DNA of 64,000 nucleotides from Neoechinorhynchus agilis. Lineage: Eukaryota > Animalia > Acanthocephala. Below are positions 59,794-64,000 of this stretch, piece by piece. Both the position numbers and the translations under genes were made by a program. The first letter of the stretch is position 1, and each line of letters starts with the position of its first letter. The notes beneath the pieces were generated by a model that saw only the letters and a list, made by a program, of their open reading frames with translations, was not told where the DNA came from and made no database searches. Where the stretch lies: the NCBI GenBank assembly GCA_051530055.1, contig CM121342.1:14523480-14587479 (forward strand), written 5' to 3'.

Positions 59794-60345
59794 TTTGTAA
59801 ATATGATCTGAAGATAGAAAATACCCACATAGAAAAAACCCCATTCACCATCGGTCGAAAAGAAGCCGAGTGTGGGTAAACGACTAGAAAGTTGTCAAAC
59901 GGAAGAAGGTTACATTTAAGGACCATCAAATTATGGTATCGCCATTTAAGGACAATAGCATCCGGAAAAAAGCTAGCAATGACGCGCAACACATAGAACG
60001 TTAAAAAAAAGAAATGCGATGAACAAATCACAAGCAACACCACGTACAAGTCCTAAGCACCAACAAATTGCATCTTTAAAATTCGATTCTTTCATGCAAA
60101 AAGCGGTTATTCAAATTTTTTGATAATCTTTAAAGGATTTTGAACTATGGTTGTTCATATTTGCACTTTTGTGTGGTCAGGTTATTTCAACCGATCTCAC
60201 TTTTTCCTTTTTGCTCTTTCTATTTGGTGATTGCTCGTTTTGTACTTTATTGTGTTCTACAAATAAAGGTTTTTTGAGCAATGTGCGCTTTTTTGAGAAA
60301 GTTCTGGGCACAATTTTCTAATTCGCTGCGCTTCATACAAGTTAT

Positions 60346-60353
60346 TGACGTCA
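60346..60353. promoter_or_regulatory. CRE/ATF palindrome TGACGTCA in the divergent intergenic region between the hnRNP and ankyrin genes
   Basis: Exact 8-bp palindrome with an adjacent acgtcac half-site; function not demonstrated. Confidence 0.3.
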
Positions 60354-60558
60354 CAACGTCACTTTTACGTGCGTTATTCCATGTAAATTATAAAATTTAA
60401 GTATATTAAAATCGGTTACTTGCGCTCGATATTTAATAGTGGCGTCGTTAAAACACAATGTTCATGGATGAATTATTTTCGAATTTTCCCATTTTTAGTT
60501 AACTTGAGAATGGGAGTTTCGACCAATAAAGGCACTTCATAGAAATGACTCTGAGCGA

Positions 60559-61146
60559 ATGTCCCGAATATCCTCACTGAGTAAGCAATTAACTGGTAAT
60601 ACGTCATCGCCCGTGTCAGCTCGTTCGCTTTCGCCATCGTCAATCATGTCTTCTATACCTTCACCACCAAGACCTAGTGCATCACTCACGTGGATGGTTG
60701 CATGTTCAAAAGGAGACACGAACGCAATGCAAAGAATTAAAAATCAATACCTTGAGGGTAATCGGATATTCTATAGACAAGATCCGTTTCATGGATATAC
60801 CGCACTCCATTGGGCCTTTAGAAAAGGAAGCGTCCCAATGTTGAAGTTTATTGCTCAAAGTCTGTCTTCCAATGAACTCGATGAACTGATGAAGGTTAAA
60901 AACAACCTCAGGCGAACTTGTCTTCATCTGGGTTGCATGTACCAACGTAAAAATCGTGAATTTATGGCTTCAATTAGTAAAATTTGTGGAAAAGACAAAA
61001 CGGAAATATGGGACTGTGTTCGCACTTACGATATCGATGGTAAAGTGCCTCTCGATTACATGATTCCTCGAAATGTCGCTGAAATGCAGCACTCCGATGA
61101 AACTCTGATTCTACACCATACCTGGTCGACATCTTCTAGGCGTTGA
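60559..61146 (+). CDS. Ankyrin-repeat protein (possibly SOWAH-like), intronless ORF
   Basis: WMVACSKGD, QDPFHGYTALHWAFRKG, KNNLRRTCLHLGC, DIDGKVPLDY. Confidence 0.75.
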   Translation: MSRISSLSKQLTGNTSSPVSARSLSPSSIMSSIPSPPRPSASLTWMVACSKGDTNAMQRIKNQYLEGNRIFYRQDPFHGYTALHWAFRKGSVPMLKFIAQSLSSNELDELMKVKNNLRRTCLHLGCMYQRKNREFMASISKICGKDKTEIWDCVRTYDIDGKVPLDYMIPRNVAEMQHSDETLILHHTWSTSSRR

Positions 61147-61397
61147 GTTTCTCTTTTCAAATATTTACTGCGCGGTATGCGATTGTGTCTAAATTACACT
61201 CACTTTTTTTAATTCCTTTGTTTTAATTGCTTTTGCATTCATATTTAGCCGTGCATGATTCTACAAATCATTTTTTGAAGCTAAAATTAATTAGAAATGC
61301 ACAGTAATAACACAATCGATATAGAACTGTTCGTCTGGGTATTAATTTCTTTTAATTCGAAATTTTTTTAGGTAAAGGAAAAGTTAATGCATAAATA

Positions 61398-63688
61398 TGA
61401 TGTATTTTGCGTAATTTCGAACGCTCAATGTTCTCAAAGGTACGGCAAACCATTTTTATTTTCCGTTGCCTCGAGGATCCAGCAGTCTTTTTTTTGGAAT
61501 CATACAGCTGCCAACCATTTTCCGAAGTTAAAAATTCTTCGGTGTATTTTGTTACGACGGCATGAATTATATCTGATGTATGACCAAAACAGGGACTTTA
61601 TCGCACAAAAAAACACATCAAACACCACCAGGGGCGCGTGCTAAATGGTAGCAAAAGTGCGGTGATGACGCCGGGACGACGGCGCCAACAGTATCAATTA
61701 ATCAATATCATAATCTTCCCCCTTCGCTAACTGGGGACCCTACAGGACCTAACTTCCAGTCCATGTTCTGTGACATATTTTGAGCCCATCTCCGGGTGTT
61801 GAACATTAATGTTTTCTTTCACCGGAACATCTCCCGAATTTACTGCAGACGTCAAATCGTCTTCGCTGTTTTTTATGGCGTCGAAACCAAATCTCGTCGG
61901 CCATCAGGGTGTTCAATCAGTGCAGTTTTTTCGTTGCCACTGACCAACACGACTTCACTTACTCTATCGTCGAATTTGGTCCTTGGAATCATATTCCGTA
62001 AGAGCACCATTTTATTTGAAGATATTCAGTCATGAATGGAGGAGATTAGCTCACTTCTTCTTGGGAAGCTGAACATCCGTTAATGCGGTGTCTTTCCTGT
62101 GCTGGTACAGAGTAACATCCGTATTTTTCCCAGCGCTTCGTGAAGCACCTCGGACCATCTAGATAAAGGAATATTTATATCGAAAAGCACCAATTCTATC
62201 GTTTTCCAAATGACTCCATTTAGACGCCCACATTGTCCGTTACTTTGAGGGTGGTAGGCGGTTGTATGGCTCAAACAAATTCGCCGAGCATTCAGCCATT
62301 CGCGCAGACATGTGAACGACGACCCTCGATCAGAATGGATATATTCAGGGCATCCGAAAATCGAGAATTTCCTGGAAAGACAATCTTTCACCGTGTTAGC
62401 TGAACAGTCACGACAGGCAAACGCCATTGGGAATCTGGAGTACTCATCCTACTCTAGTTTCCATCGCAGAATCCTCTCATTCCTGATTTTTTTGTGTGAT
62501 CTTGATCCATCATGAAAAGGACAGACCTTTGGCCGGTGATAATTGTAAAGGGGCGAATAGCTAGGTATTTCCAGTGCTTTACCGCCTCGACGAGGGCATA
62601 AGCCTCTTTCTCTACAATGCGATACTTTTTTTCGTGCTTGTTTAATGTTCTGGAAAAAATCCGACTGGACGTCCATCCTGAAAAAGTGCCGCCCCTATGG
62701 CATTATCGGACGCGTCGGTCTCAAGCACGAATTATTTTTCTTCATCAATGTTGTCAATGACCGGATGTTTAATGGCCTCCTTCAGATCGTTGATTACCGA
62801 CGTTAATTCACGAGTTAACGGAAAAATAATCTCCTTCAACACCAGGGGTTGGATTTTCCTCTAGTAATTGGGTATCCATCGGCTATAATATGCGAAGAAC
62901 CCCATTAGTCTTTGAAGTGTTGTTGAGTTGGTAGGAATCCCAATATCGTTTAACGGCCTCAATCGGTTTAGGTCAGGTCTTAGCTGACCGTGACCAATTT
63001 CATATCCGAGGACGAAAATCCTATCCATCCCGTACATGCTTTTAGTGTTATTTAATCGTAATCCCTTTTTCAGCTATCACCCGGAAACGGTTGAGGTTTT
63101 CATCATGCTCTTCTTTTGTTTTCCCGCAAAATACGAGTAGGTGTTAGCTAACTTATACTTCTCAACGATGTGATTCATAAATCGCTGAAATGCTGCGACT
63201 CCATTGGTAACACCCATGGGGATCTTTTTGAACCGATACAGCTTGCCGCAAGCTTCGAATGAAGTATAGTTTCTCTCACTAGGATCGATTGACACTTGAT
63301 AATATGCATCTTTTAAATATATTTGACTGAACACTACATTTTCAGCGATTGCATTAACCATTTTGTCTATCCTAGGCAGGGGATAGGCGTCCAAATACGT
63401 GAAACGGTTTATTGTTCGTGAAAAATCTACCACTAGTCTATTTTCACCGTTTTCCTTTTTAATAATGAGAACTTGGGCTCGCCACGGAGAGTTTGACGGC
63501 TCTATGATCCCTTCGTTGAGCATACGCTCGATCTCTGATTTAACGAAGGCAGTATCATTTCGACTGAACGTTCGTGATTTCGTGATGACGGGCTTGCAGT
63601 CTGGGCTTAAATTCTCGAAAAGAAATGGAACGAACTCTGGTTCGCCATTTGTTTCGGTAGTGGACGTGGCTGCGAGTTCAAGAATATC
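61398..63688 (-). mobile_element. Decayed Ty3/Gypsy LTR retrotransposon (RT-RNaseH-integrase, PPT, probable 3' LTR), interrupted at 63689
   Basis: IIEPSNSPWRAQVLIIKK...RLVVDFS...DAYPLPRID; LETDASDNAIGAAL...FFSRTL; IHSDRGSSF...TTAYHPQSNGQ. Minus-strand purine tract at 61713-61728. Putative LTR 61398-61710 bounded TGAT...ATCA (tentative). Confidence 0.9.
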
Positions 63689-63731
63689 TTAATTATGGTG
63701 GTGAACTGAAGGAAAAAATTATGAATATATT

Positions 63732-63773
63732 AATCAGAATTTTCGACCAATGCGTTGGTCTTCTTCAGTGATT
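63732..63773 (-). ncRNA. Penelope-type type I hammerhead ribozyme (left arm, mirror copy)
   Basis: Exact reverse complement of 63815-63856. Confidence 0.85.
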
Positions 63774-63814
63774 GTTTGCAAGTTACGCATTCACAGTTGA
63801 AAAAACTTGCAAAC

Positions 63815-63856
63815 AATCACTGAAGAAGACCAACGCATTGGTCGAAAATTCTGATT
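63815..63856 (+). ncRNA. Penelope-type type I hammerhead ribozyme (right arm)
   Basis: AAUCA CUGAAGA A GACCAA-cgca-UUGGUC GAAA AU UC/UGAUU. 5-bp stem I, 6-bp stem II, palindromic AAUU stem III, predicted cleavage after C63851. Confidence 0.85.
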
Positions 63857-64000
63857 AATATATTCATAATTTTTTCCTTCAGTTCACCATCATAATTAAT
63901 TCCTAAATGAATATCTACACAATTCAATATCCTCGTGGCCAGATGTTCTCAGCCGCAATTCCTTATGTAGTTTGGTGAACGGTAATACCAAAATTACGTC

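Larger units (their letters stand above)
63689..63899. repeat. Near-perfect inverted repeat: 96-bp arms, 19-bp loop, one mismatch; probable inverted Penelope pseudo-LTR
   Basis: 63689-63784 equals the reverse complement of 63804-63899 except ggt/gat. TTAA at both ends. Confidence 0.95.

Noticed and set aside
63689-63899. piggyBac-type MITE because of the flanking TTAA
   Set aside because: The termini lack the CCY ends of piggyBac, the TTAA is part of the palindrome itself, and the hammerheads point to a Penelope origin.

Overview
AT-rich, compact eukaryotic DNA from a metazoan (it encodes an activin/TGF-beta type II receptor). Proteins are strongly diverged and many introns are only about 42-52 bp. 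Recognisable genes: SRP72 (3' part), a PP2C phosphatase, XPNPEP3/Icp55, an NHL-repeat protein, PAXBP1/GCFC2, an ACVR2-like receptor, MED23, GOLGA7, POLR2C (RPB3), cathepsin B, a probable HRG1/SLC48A1 heme transporter, an hnRNP R/Q-like RRM protein and an ankyrin-repeat protein. There is also a tandemly duplicated orphan gene (one copy disabled) and a further orphan ORF. Between them lie decayed retroelements (CRE-clade RLE LINEs, L2/CR1-like APE LINEs, Penelope-like RT fragments, a Ty3/Gypsy element) and three tandem arrays (191/203, 196 and 179 bp units). The main unexplained signal is a set of short non-coding foldback or inverted elements carrying hammerhead-ribozyme cores. Two loci are canonical Penelope-type hammerheads (54.9 kb, and both arms of a 96-bp palindrome at 63.7-63.9 kb). 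One family appears to use a compensatory U3-A8 core. A tRNA-headed tandem SINE carries all three hammerhead strands in a non-canonical order. All calls were made by eye and by hand-folding; no database search or folding program was run.
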